NCBI GenBank assembly: GCA_964199315.1
Contig: OZ116698.1
Coordinates: 13,082,001 to 13,146,000, forward strand
Direction of reading: 5' to 3'
Origin: Orbicella franksi
Lineage: Eukaryota
DNA: 64,000 nucleotides
Below, piece after piece: positions 49,788 through 60,830 of the stretch. A program made the translations under genes and the position numbers. The notes beneath the pieces are model-generated. The model saw nothing but the letters and a program-made list of their open reading frames with translations. It did not search any database and was not told where the DNA came from. How positions within the stretch are numbered: the first letter of the stretch is position 1; every line of letters starts with the position of its first letter.

Positions 49788-51008
49788 TTTGTTTTTTAAG
49801 CAACAGCTCTCTGTAGTATAGGGATTGTAAATATTGTCTTCATAGTGAGCACAATAACGTGAAGTAGGGGAATAATAGACAAATTTTAAAAAAGTTGAAA
49901 TCTAAATATTGTTTGTCCAATTTTTTTTTGGGGGGGGGTCATCCCAAAAAGTGACCGCTATAAGGGGGGGCCATGTGAAAAAATTGGTAAGCTGAGGGGG
50001 GTCATGCGATTTTTAAATGGTACTTCCCAAATCCCACCAGCACCCCCTCCCTCATAAAAAATGAACGGTCCCTTAAAGCTGTGGATTCGAACATCGACAA
50101 TTTGTTTCGTCGTCAAGGTCGATCAAACGACTCCAAATGTATGCAAAACAGCCGCGTCTCTGAATCTTTGCGCAAATTGTAGGTACTTAAAAGAAGGGTT
50201 AATCAGTGGTTATTCAGTGTGATAGGCCATTTCACTGTGCTATTTAAAAGAAAATTCAACACATTTTTTACATTAACCAAGCGCACTGCATTCGTATCTT
50301 GATGAAGCGCGAGGAATGATGAAGCGCGCGAGAAGAACGCGAGTATCCCACTCGCGTCACGCGTGGGACTCGTGTAACTCCGCTCCAAGGAGATTGGAAT
50401 ATGCGATGATCATTTTTGATGGATCACAAACTGAATAATGGTCATTGGCTGAGGAAAGAGGACTTGTGAGGGGAAAAAGATTTCTGCGCTCGAACCAAAG
50501 TCATGCAAAGTGACCCACACATGCCGAAGCTTGATCCCGATTGCTATAACATAAAGCGACTATGATCTGACTGGCAGCGCTCGTTTTCCTTACTGTTATT
50601 ATTGTACTGCTGTAATTTTTTCTGTATTGACAATTTTGTATCGTATTTGCGTTGTATTAATACAACGACGGTCTTTGCAGCTTAAAGTCTGCTGAGTCTC
50701 TCTATAATGTTTATCTGCGATCCCTTTGAGGCTAGAACGTCTTATCCTGCTGAATTTCGAGAGAATAACAGACTGCTAGCAGTGTAACCTGAAACAAGCT
50801 GGAAACTAATGACGAAATAAGCAGGGTCCAAAGTTTGAAAACAAGAAGAGATAGAAGAAGATAAGAGGAACTCGACTTTTTAACATTCGGAATTTTGTTG
50901 TTTAGTACTTCACCCTCCTTTCGAGTCCCGCAAACACAGCGGATGTGAATCGACAGTGTGGTGTGCCAAACAAATAGAAGATGGTGTTCTATATTAATTC
51001 TTTCTAAC

Positions 51009-53335
51009 AAATAGATTCCATGTTGTCGTGCGTCTGTTCAGTATTAGTATAAACCTACTAGCGCTCTATCACGAATGCCGTTCGCTTATTGGCTACGCTA
51101 CTCACTATCTATTCTGTTTTAGTATATATCTATTAGCGTTCTATCACGAATACTGCTCTCTGATTGGCTACGCTACTCACTATCTATTAAACAATTAGAT
51201 TATGAGCTCGAGATTTCAATCGCGTGATTTTTTTTTATGCTTTATTTCAAAATACAAACATTATTTACAACATGGTGTGTCTGTCAAGTACACTTACAAA
51301 CTACTTACAAGCAAGATCAAAAAACATAACATTCCAATTCAGTTCTATTTAAATGTTCCGATACCGTTATTTATACCACCTACGTAAGGGAAAAGAGGTA
51401 TCTACCCTTAAAACACTAAATAGATAAAACTAACTGATTAGACTAGAACGATGCCCTTGAAGGAGCATCTTCTTTATGATATTTAACTATTAGATGAATT
51501 TTAAACTATATTTTCAACGTTACATTTAGTGTTTAATTTATTGACAAAATCAGAGAGAGTAATTGATCTATTGTGGAGTTTGCTAGTATATATGTAATAG
51601 CGCATATACAACATGGTGTAATTGAGTTTTTTTAACAGAGTTTTGTTTGCAATTGAAGAGGTGGGAAAAAGGCCAAATAAAGTTTCTTTAACGAACGGGT
51701 GTTGATTAGTATAATTAACGTTATTGAACCATTGAATAACTCTTCGCTGGAAAGCTTTTGAAAATTGGCAATTAATAAAGGTATGTTCGATGGAGTCTTC
51801 ATTTCCACAATATAAACAATCACTAACTTGTTTGATACCGAAGTAGTAGAATTCTTTCTCGGTGACTATAATTCTATGTAAGAATTTGTAGTGGAATTCT
51901 TTTAATTTATTTTCTTTGCAAATCTGTTTTGCCAAATCGAAGATATGTTGCCATTCGCTGAAATTTAAATTCATAGTATTACTCCATTTTTTCGGGCCGG
52001 TAGGAAATGAATAATTTACGTTTTTATTTAGTAGCCATTAGAAATCCTTTGCCTTTGGTTTCTGTAAATCGATGGCAATATTTTCAGGTAATTGAATCTT
52101 AGTTTATGATTTCCTAAATAATTTTCTTTAAAAGGTTTGTCTTGATTACATGCCTTAGTTACTAATGCTTTCGGAATAGCACTAATTACTTGATAAAAAT
52201 TTAGTAAATTAGTTCTAAAGTCAAATTTGCTTTGAAACTCTTGAAAGGAAAGAAGTTGTCCATTTTCGTTAAGTAAGTCTTTAATACAAATAATTCCTTT
52301 GGAAAACCATTCCCGAAGAAAGAAAGAAGGGTTTCCCTCCTATTAAGATAGCTTCAATGTTGAAAAGGATTGTTTCCTGCCCCTGTTCATACTTGTACTG
52401 GGATTTAATTTCAGAAAAAAAGGATAGAATGTCCTCGTTGAAAGCTGGCAACTTAGGGTCTAAATATTTTGTGTCATAGTTACGTCTGAGCAGAAAATTT
52501 AATCCTCCAAGTTTTTAAAAAAAAATAGTTTGGTATTGATTTACAATTATGGCTGTCGGGATTTAAAAGTCTTGGGATCCAGGCAAGTCTTAATGCCTTT
52601 ATCATTATATCGACATCAGTCATACGAATTCCGCCTTTATCATAGTCTTGATAAATACTTTCTCTCTTAATTTTGTCTTTTTTGTTGTTCCAAAGGAAAC
52701 TGAATAACTTATTTTTGATGGCATATCTGATTTCATTTGGGACATTGACATTAGACGCTGCATAGACTATTTGTGATAGCCCGAGCGATTTAATGATCAC
52801 AACTTTTCCAAACAGGGTCAAACTGAATTTCTTGCTTTCCATAAATCCAGTTTTGTCTGTAATTTCTGAATTTTTAAACCGAAATTAAAGTGCAACTATC
52901 ACGCATAGAAATCGAGAGCGAATAATCAAATTGTTTTAGTATAAATCTACTTAGAATCTACTTAGTCGTTCAAAATTTTATCTAAATACCCTTCACAGAG
53001 ACTTCGAAAACGCCAAGAGGCGGCCGTCATTTTGTTAACAAGCGTACACTGCTACGCTACTCAATATGTATCACAGAATGGATAGTAGCGTAGCCAATCA
53101 GAGAGCAGCATTCGTGATAGAACGCTAGTAGATTTATACTAAAACAATTAGATTATTCGCTGTCGATTTCTAAGCGTGATAGAAATCTCGAGCTCATAAT
53201 CTAACTGTTTAATAGATCAGATGACGTCAAAATGTGATAAGAACAATACCGTTAGCGTTAAGGGCGAGTTTGTTACTGTTGTCCTTACCACATTTTGATG
53301 TCTTCTCAGACACACGGCAACATGGAATCTCTTTG
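51009..53335. repeat. Two nested palindromic interspersed repeats that host the L1/Tx1 copy
   Basis: Outer repeat: AAATAGATTCCATGTTG(T)CGTG (51009-) is inverted to CACGGCAACATGGAATCT (-53335). Inner repeat arms at 51044-51228 and 52893-53215 (TAGCGTAGCCAATCAGAG and ATCACGCATAGAAATCG motifs, mutually inverted). A related copy lies at 3040-3310. Confidence 0.7.
51229..52892 (-). mobile_element. 5'-truncated, frameshifted L1/Tx1-clade non-LTR retrotransposon (ORF2 3' part)
   Basis: Fragments KLQTKLDLWKAR/LTLFGKVVIIKSLGLSQIVY...FLWNNKKDKIKR...DYDKGGIRMTD...KALRLAWIPRLL and KLKEFHYKFLHRII...CLYCGNEDSIEHTFINC (CCHC zf-RVT motif). AATAAA plus an A-run mark the 3' end near 51229-51247. Confidence 0.88.
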
Positions 53336-53579
53336 TTTTACACAATAAACAAAAAACATATATATATTAACGACGTCATCTACTCGTCTGTCTTCCAATA
53401 GATCATAAGTAAGCACCAGTCAAAATGAGAGAGTAGTTCGACTTTATCGGTAACTATAAAAGAAAACAATGGACGCTTGAGGTCTGGACAAACTGCTGGT
53501 GGACGCATGATCGGAACGGTAGTGCGTCCAGAGACTATTTTCTTAGAAACCATAGCAACACCATGCTGTATTTTGTTAA

Positions 53580-54352
53580 AGTGCCTATGAAGTAAAAAAT
53601 AATTGCTGCTTATTTGAAAGGCTTTTCAAAGTGAAGAAGAATGGCGTTTCCCTTTTTGGAATATCCTTTTTTCATTCTAGCGATATTTCCGTTTTTGGAT
53701 TATGCAAATGAGAAAGTGATGACGTCATAGGTGGTTCCACTTAAACGGCAAAACACTGAATCAAGAATATCTCTAGAAATATTGGAGCAGTGTTCTTCAA
53801 ACTTGGCACCAAAAAATGTACATCACAAAAGAAACAGAATGACACCTTCTGTGTTGTTGCCATGGCAGCACTTTTGGCTCCAGTCTCTTTCTGTGAAAAA
53901 CCAAATATGCCAATTTGCAACCCTTCGAAAAGGGACAGAGGGTCTTGCTCGGAACACACCTGATTCCCACATTGTCTAAACTCTCCCCATTAGATTGTTG
54001 GGAGTGGATGATCCTTGTTTAAGATAAAATCTGGTAATGTTAGTTTTAATTAAAACAGGACCAGTGGCATAACTGTTGTCATGGCGACGGCGCGACGGGT
54101 GTCGTTTTGTTTCTTTTTTGATTTACATTTCTGGTGCCAAGTTTAAAGGACACTGCTTTAATATTTCTAGAGATATTCTTGATTGAGTGTTGAACTGTTT
54201 TAGTGGAACCACCTATGACGTCATCACATATAATACAGAAACGTAAATATCTCTAAAACGAAAAAAGATATTCCAAAAAGTAAAACGCCATTCTTCTTTA
54301 CTTTGAAAAGCCTTTCAAATCAGCATCAATTATTTTTTACTTCATAGGCACT
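53580..54352. mobile_element. Non-autonomous foldback element with about 270-bp TIRs and TTAA TSD (Kolobok-like)
   Basis: TTAA|AGTGCCTATGAAGTAAAAAATAATTG ... CAATTATTTTTTACTTCATAGGCACT|TTAA. Inverted similarity continues through GATGACGTCATAGGTGGTTCCAC and AGAATATCTCTAGAAATATT. Confidence 0.88.
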
Positions 54353-54495
54353 TTAAGAATATAGAGTTTACATATATAAAATATAATATCGCTTTACATA
54401 GAATATAAAGCGATTTACATCTGAGAAGGGGCGGTAATTGCGTTGGTTACGCAAAATCCACCACACGCGTGCTCTTTAATTTCAAACCGTGGATC

Positions 54496-54497
<2 letters not shown>

Positions 54498-54552
<55 letters not shown>
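54498..54552. repeat. (AAT)n microsatellite
   Basis: About 18 perfect units, directly visible. Confidence 0.97.
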
Positions 54553-57026
54553 TCGCACTCAGCTCCAAAAGCGGGTGCACATGTACAGCAGCTTTAGTAA
54601 AAAGGATCTCAGTAATCTGCAGAGAATTACGTAACCGCCTCCCTGAAAACGTTACTGTGTTGTAAGCCTGTGAAAACATCTATATCCTCCATCTGCTGTT
54701 TTTCATGTGGCGTGAAACAACAGGATAAAACGCCAGTACATGCAACTTATTTCTTTGTCGACAGGTCCGAACGTTTAGGATAATAATGATGGCCTCGATC
54801 AAAAATAGAACTCAAAAACATCCGTTTGAATTTACTGAATAACAAAGGCGCAATACTCAAGAACGGTATGAATAGATACAATGCGATAAAACCTAATTAG
54901 AAACAAGGAAATGCCTTAAAATGAAGAGGATTATGTTATTACATAATCTTTTTAAACGCTTTGTCCTAACATGCGGCAAAACGCAGTTGTGTCCTCTCTC
55001 TCAAACGGGTTTGCTGCGTGTGAGTAGGAGGTTACAGGATATTTCATGTATTCTTTGTCAAAACGATTTATTCTCAAAGCTAATGGTGCAGTGGTGCAAT
55101 AGGCACAATGCGTTCTGTTGCTACTGAAACCGAAATGTGCGCCTGCATGACGGGCCGCGCAGACTTCGCACGTTTTCAGATTGTTTCGAAACAAATGGTT
55201 AAGTGTCAAAAAAATAAGAAAAAAACTTTAAAGTCAACGCTGACATACCAATTCCTTTCTTTTCTTTTTTCTTTTCTTTTCTTTTCCTTTTCAACTATGT
55301 CCATTTTCCAACAATCGAAAGCAGGTTGTGACTATGTATCTCGACCACTCTTATCAAAACAAAAAAATCTGGGAAAATAAAATGCTAAAACGAATACAGG
55401 CGAATTTCAGCCAGATCACAACATCGTTCCAAGGAACCTGGGAACTAGGCTGGCCGGACAAAGACGACGTAAGAGGACTGAATTGACAAAAGAATTACGC
55501 AAAAGAATAATAGTTTTAATACCAACAAATGAAGTAATATACATTTAAACAGTCTCCTCATTCCTTAAGATACCTAACCAATCTTCGTAAAAGAGCTGCT
55601 TCATGGAACAAACTCTTGCTAACTATTGCCAAGTCGGCACATGATCCGCACTTATCTCTGTCAGTAGTAATCTTTCTTTTTTTTATTTCCTTTCGAGATA
55701 ACTATCACCTCTTTTGGAGTTCTTCTGTGTTGATAAATTATAATTTGACATTTCCTTTAGTCTGAAGGCAACTGGCTGATTGTTGAAAAAATAACAAGAA
55801 TTTGCTTGATGTGGCCTCTGTACAATAACACGCACCGTGCCGTTACCAAGTGACAAAGTTATTCATTCATCTTGACATGCACATGTGGTTGCTTGGCTCA
55901 ACCAAAAAAAACATCGCGAGCGGATATGTAAGAGGAGCAAACGGCCAAATGAAGCCAGAAAGAATTATAAACAAACAAAAAAAAAATAAAAAACTTTATC
56001 TGATGGCAACGGCACAGTGTACATCAATGTTACACATACCTATTTTCTAGTTATTCTGGATTGTAAGGTGGATAACACTGTTCAACACTTAAATCAGTAT
56101 CCAGGTCTGGTGATAGCTTGGTTTGTTCTGCGAGCACTACTATCTATGCTAGCACTACAATCTATTATGTGGAGAGTGTTTCCTACCCTTACAAAAATTA
56201 CAGCCAGGCTTCCCAAGGGTGGACTACCCCTATTTTCCGGAATCTGTGACCAATACATGGATGTCAGCCTGTTCCAGGCATAGTTAGGTTAGTTGGGGAG
56301 AGAAAAAAAAAAGAATACGTGAGGGGTATTGCCATTTTTTGCACAGCTCCCAACTAACTGTACGTCTGGTACAGGCTACCCAAACATGTAATGTCCTTAG
56401 CTTTTAGAAACCCATGTTACATGAACACTTATTTCAGTGTAAGGTGACTGTTTGCAGCCTCCTCTCTAAATATTCTGAAAGAGTAGGCCAAAAGAATTGC
56501 CAGTATATGAACTTTCGAGAAATACAATTTGAAAGAAATTAGAAAAGTAAGGAATGAACACCATTTCATTCACTACACTTGACCTACATATATTATATTG
56601 ATTCCCACTGGGAAAAATGCCAGTTCAATCACTCCCTGCGGTTCTTTAAATTATAAAAAATCTAACAACAGCCAAGCCACTGACACAGTTGAGATCAAAA
56701 TTGTATGCAATTTTCACATGACACGAGTAGCAAGATCAGCCATGAAGTACAATGCGATAAAATTATACACAATCACAATGTAAATCGACCCTAACAGTTG
56801 CCCTTTTTTGAAGAATTTGAGTCTTTAAGGTAAGGGAAAGGCTTGTTTAACAGAGGAATCAGCAAGCGAAGATATAATACAAAAACCTTTGTTATACACA
56901 AAATTCTTCTCAATAACAGATTTTCAATATAAATAATAAACTCAGGATTTCTCCCTTTGATCCCTACCCTTTCTCTCCCAACATGGAATGGATAGTAATA
57001 TTATTGTCACTAGTAAACTGATCTCC

Positions 57027-57335
57027 TTATAAAGCAACAAATAAAATGATTACAACTATCATGATCACTATTAATGCCACCAGAACACAGGTTTGCCTCT
57101 TATCTGCAATCAAACAAAAGAAAAACCCTCTCAGTAACATTGCTATGTTAATAAACCAACACTCTTACATTGTTAATTTGTGATTGGTACTGGGGACAGT
57201 CAGAAATTTGTTAGCCTCAGTGCAGATATCTCCTATTTTTTTGGCTTCCCTCTAGTTCCTGCCCACCCTCAGATGCTCTCCAAAAACATAATTAAAATTT
57301 TAGCTGTGTTGCCATCTACATACACACACACACAC

Positions 57336-57380
<45 letters not shown>

Positions 57381-59870
57381 TACATACATTTTATTTGTTA
57401 TCAAATTAAAATTACAATTATAACATGCCCGCAGATAGCTGAGCTAATCTAGGCGGGTCAAGTTTGGATGAGTTATTAATCTTCACAGCTTCTATTTTCC
57501 TTGAGCATTCTATGGTGTTCCCCGAGTGGCCCATAAATGGTAAATCTCCAGAGAATCCTTATTGACTCATGTTGATTGTGAACCTCTAGTGAGTCCTGAT
57601 TAAATGCTACTACTGGCTCCAACTGTGAACCTATACTGGCCCCTTGTTGCTTGAGGGCTAGGTGTAATGCTCTGAGCTTTTATTTACTGTTACAAAACAC
57701 AATGATGTAGCCTGTTACATCTATAGCATTGGTTGATTCCACAAAATATCCATACCTACACCACAGGCGCCTTTTTGGAATTCTTAGGGCAAGGGGGATT
57801 CTTTGAACTGGAAATCCAGAGGTATGGGGAGTACTAGCAATTGGAATTCCGAGGGCAAGAGGGTCTCTGGAGGGGACAGACAAGAGTGTTGAAGTACAAA
57901 CAAACTGACACACTGCTGACTACTGTGGAAAGCAAGATATATGTACAAGACACAGCATTGATTGATCACGAATGTGTTCACGTTCATTTACAGAAGAAAA
58001 CCGATAAAATCTGGGTTGTACATTGGGTTCCAGAGGCCTTAAGGTTGATAATTTCTTGTCAGAAAATTGTTTGCGAAGAATGCCGACCTGCCATGTTTGT
58101 TTACTATGCGCCAGCAATACATAGTCATAAAGAAACTGCTCTAAAGGCATCTATACAAGTGAATATCGTGCATAATATTGAAGGTAAATTAGGTAGGATT
58201 TGCCCACACATATTCTATTTTCCATAGTAATTAACACATAAAACAATTGAAATTTTTATTCCTTCACTAGTTTAGTCCAAAACTGGTTGCAAAATTGCAA
58301 CTGAGGAGGAGGACATTTTAGTCACTGAACATTTAGTCACGAATCCATGCAAATGTATTGGTCGAAATTTCAAGCCCTGTAGACAGTTAGTAAACTTTGG
58401 GAAAGATGTAAAAGTGTAAAATCTCTTTCACTGGAAGTTGTAGGAGTCAAACTAGGATTCCAGATGGTTGAAGTAAAAACAGACGTTTGGAAGGAAGGAT
58501 TAACAATTTTGGAATTTGGAAGGCAAGGGGGGTAAAGCATTTTGGAATTTCCAAAGGCAACGGGGGTTAAAATGTTCATTCTGCCAGTGGAATGGTATGG
58601 ATCATATTTTCCAGAATCACCCATTTCACCCACTTTCCAAAATCAAGAAATACCTATGACTTACCATCAGACAATCTAAGAACTTTTTCTACTTTGAGAA
58701 CAGTTTGTTGTAACTTAGAGTCAGTCATTTCTAGTTCATGACCAAAGTCGTCTAACATTCTGAAAGCAAAAAAGCAAAAATAGCATAATCACATTTAGCA
58801 AGTATGGAATTAAACATGGTAAGGGTATGTTAACTTTACACAAAGTATTAGTTTCTAAAGAAATTGTTGGGCTGCATCAGCCGGCAAGTGGAACACTTAC
58901 CACTTTATCCACTTAACAGAGTAAATTACTGCTGCACTGAGTTAGCCAAGCTGACATTTCAAAGTTGGCCATTCATCAGCAAATGTTTTTTTGCTCTGAT
59001 GAAGGGCTTGATCTCAAAACCTTAGGTACACTAACTCACTTTGGTAGTTAATTTACCTTTATTGACTTTGAGTTCATTAACAGCTAAACCTTAAACTATC
59101 CCTTAAGTTTAGTCCAGAGGAAATATCTAGTAGCACATGTATTTAGAATTTTAAATAAGTTTATTCCTATTTTTCACATTCCCCCCCCCCCCACCCCCCC
59201 TTTCTTTTAGCTTTTTAAAAATCTTTAATGTAAAGTGCCATGGACAATTGGAAAAAAAATTTCAAAAAAATCTGTATGTGGGAACATTTTGGCTGGAAAC
59301 CTTCTTACACGAATAAAATTACAACTGACAATAAACTCTTGTTTCTGAAGCCCTGGCCAAATGTACTCACAAGTAGACGTAAGTTGAAAACTTGGGTCTC
59401 TTACGACTCTGTTTGGCCAGGCCTCGTGTGCACTTGTATTGACTTGCAATGACTTAAGCTCGCTTTGGTCAAGATCAAATTTGCACGCAAGTCAATGCAA
59501 GTTTTTCACCATTTGGCCACCCAACCTAAGTCAAATCAAGTTGTGTGACATCCATCAACCTATTATTAGCCAATGAAATACAGGATATGTCTGCCTTGAA
59601 ATGGTTTTCTTGCGACTTGTGTGTACTAGTGAGGAAACTTGAAAGTCCGTTTGGCCACCCAACGCAAGTCTCTATGCAAGTTCAACTTGTGGCTACTCGC
59701 AAGTCCGTTTGGCCAGGGCTTAAGACCATGAAAAGCATTTACATTAACATGTACAATACTTACACATTTTGTTCTTCAATTTCATCCCCAATTTTCTTTC
59801 CCATGGTTTTTAAAACTCCAACACTATGTCCAACCATATCTAGCTGATCATCTTGAGCTTGTATCATTAA
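57027..59870 (-). CDS. STX6: Syntaxin-6 (Qc-SNARE), last three coding exons; 5' exons lie beyond the right edge
   Basis: Not in the ORF track. Exons (minus): 59870-59764 (LMIQAQDDQLDMVGHSVGVLKTMGKKIGDEIEEQNV), 58759-58665 (MLDDFGHELEMTDSKLQQTVLKVEKVLRLSD) and 57103-57027 (KRQTCVLVALIVIMIVVIILFVAL*). Splice sites are GT-AG and phases match. SNARE motif plus C-terminal tail anchor typical of STX6/STX10. Confidence 0.9.
57318..57388. repeat. (CA)n-(TACA)n microsatellite in the last STX6 intron
   Basis: Directly visible. Confidence 0.97.
59349..59720. mobile_element. MITE with AGCCCTGGCCAAA TIRs in an STX6 intron
   Basis: 13-bp perfect TIR, with internal GCAAGT/ACTTG and TTTGGCCA motifs repeated. 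Confidence 0.75.
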
Positions 59871-60830
59871 CTTAAGACAAATAACAGACAGAAAGGACTG
59901 TAAATTCTTTGTTAATAATAGGGATTTAACAGTCATTTTTAAGCATACTACATTTTCTTTGCTTATTTATTTACTCGTTTGTTTATTTCAATGAAAGAAA
60001 ATCCCCACAACTATAAATAGTTATCAATAAAAAAATTATTTTACAATAACATTACATGGGAATATTTCATAAAAAGGTTCAGGAAACTTGATTTAGTATA
60101 TTGTAAACCCATGAATGTAGTTCGTACTTTCAATAGGAGTTAAGAGTGCCGCCTGTAAAAATCAGACAAACTCTTAATTTCGCGGCAAGGGTCGAAAATT
60201 CGATTTCGCTCATATTCTTATGGTAGATAGGCTAGGGCATTACAAAAACTATTGGATAGTTTTTTTGGCAAAATATCCTTTTATTTCAAAGAAATATGCA
60301 AATTACCAAATTCCGTTAAAATCATCATTTGACGCACCATTTTATCAAGCAAGTTTGATAGCCTCGCATGCAAGACCACATCATTCTTCCGTCTTTAAAA
60401 CACTTAAATATTTTTGTGCAATGTTTAAATGTGTACTGGGTTGATTTTTGGGAATGTTGCGTTGTCTTTTTGGGTGCAAAATAATTAAATTTCGAAGACA
60501 TGTATTTCATTCACTTAAAAGCACTTCGTGAATATAATTGATTTTCACCATGTACCAAACCTTGAAATGGATTAAAGGAGAACGGAAGGTGAAAAACGAA
60601 GTTATCGTTGCATATTTGCAACAGAGCAAATAGTTTGTTTTGAGTAAAAATTGCAGTATTTGTCCATATTTGTCCTTTCTTAACGCGTTTTGACTGGAAA
60701 ATTGCTCACGACATTCATACTATGTAGGTCCGCCATTTTGACCGCCATGTTGAAGGCTGGGCTGCATGGCATGACGTCATTGCGCTCACTTGCGTTCGCG
60801 CCAAATTTAATTTTTTTGCTCGGATGGAAA

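Larger units (their letters stand above)
46268..50072 (+). mobile_element. Internally deleted DNA transposon with 45-bp TIRs (GG termini, superfamily uncertain, possibly Zator-like)
   Basis: TIRs 46268-46312 and 50028-50072 match at 41/45 nt (GGGA(T/C)CGTTCATTTTTTAT...GCTGGTGGGATTTG). Flanks are TTT and TTA. GGGGGG(C/T)CA(T/C) subterminal repeats occur at both ends. Contains a transposase-like 3' fragment and a second ORF on the minus strand. Confidence 0.75.

Noticed and set aside
54443-54679. Poly-Ile and poly-Tyr ORFs
   Set aside because: Both are translations of the (AAT)n microsatellite.
54952-55209. ORF with CEVCAARHAGAHFG...CAYC resembling a nuclear-receptor first zinc finger
   Set aside because: Spacing between the Cys pairs is 17, not 13. 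There is no P-box, no second finger, no ATG and no usable splice acceptor, so it is probably a chance match in non-coding or repeat DNA.
58993-59026. Second hammerhead-like motif (CTGATGA-AGGGC...CTC-AAAA-CCTT) in an STX6 intron
   Set aside because: GAAA is mutated to AAAA and the GUC triplet is lost. It is a dead relic of a common repeat, not a functional ribozyme.
60140-60570. TTAA|GAGTGCC at 60144 as the left end of the Kolobok element
   Set aside because: TTAA|AGGAG at 60576 fits Kolobok termini and promoter distance better. 60144-60570 may be a separate repeat, but no matching end is visible.
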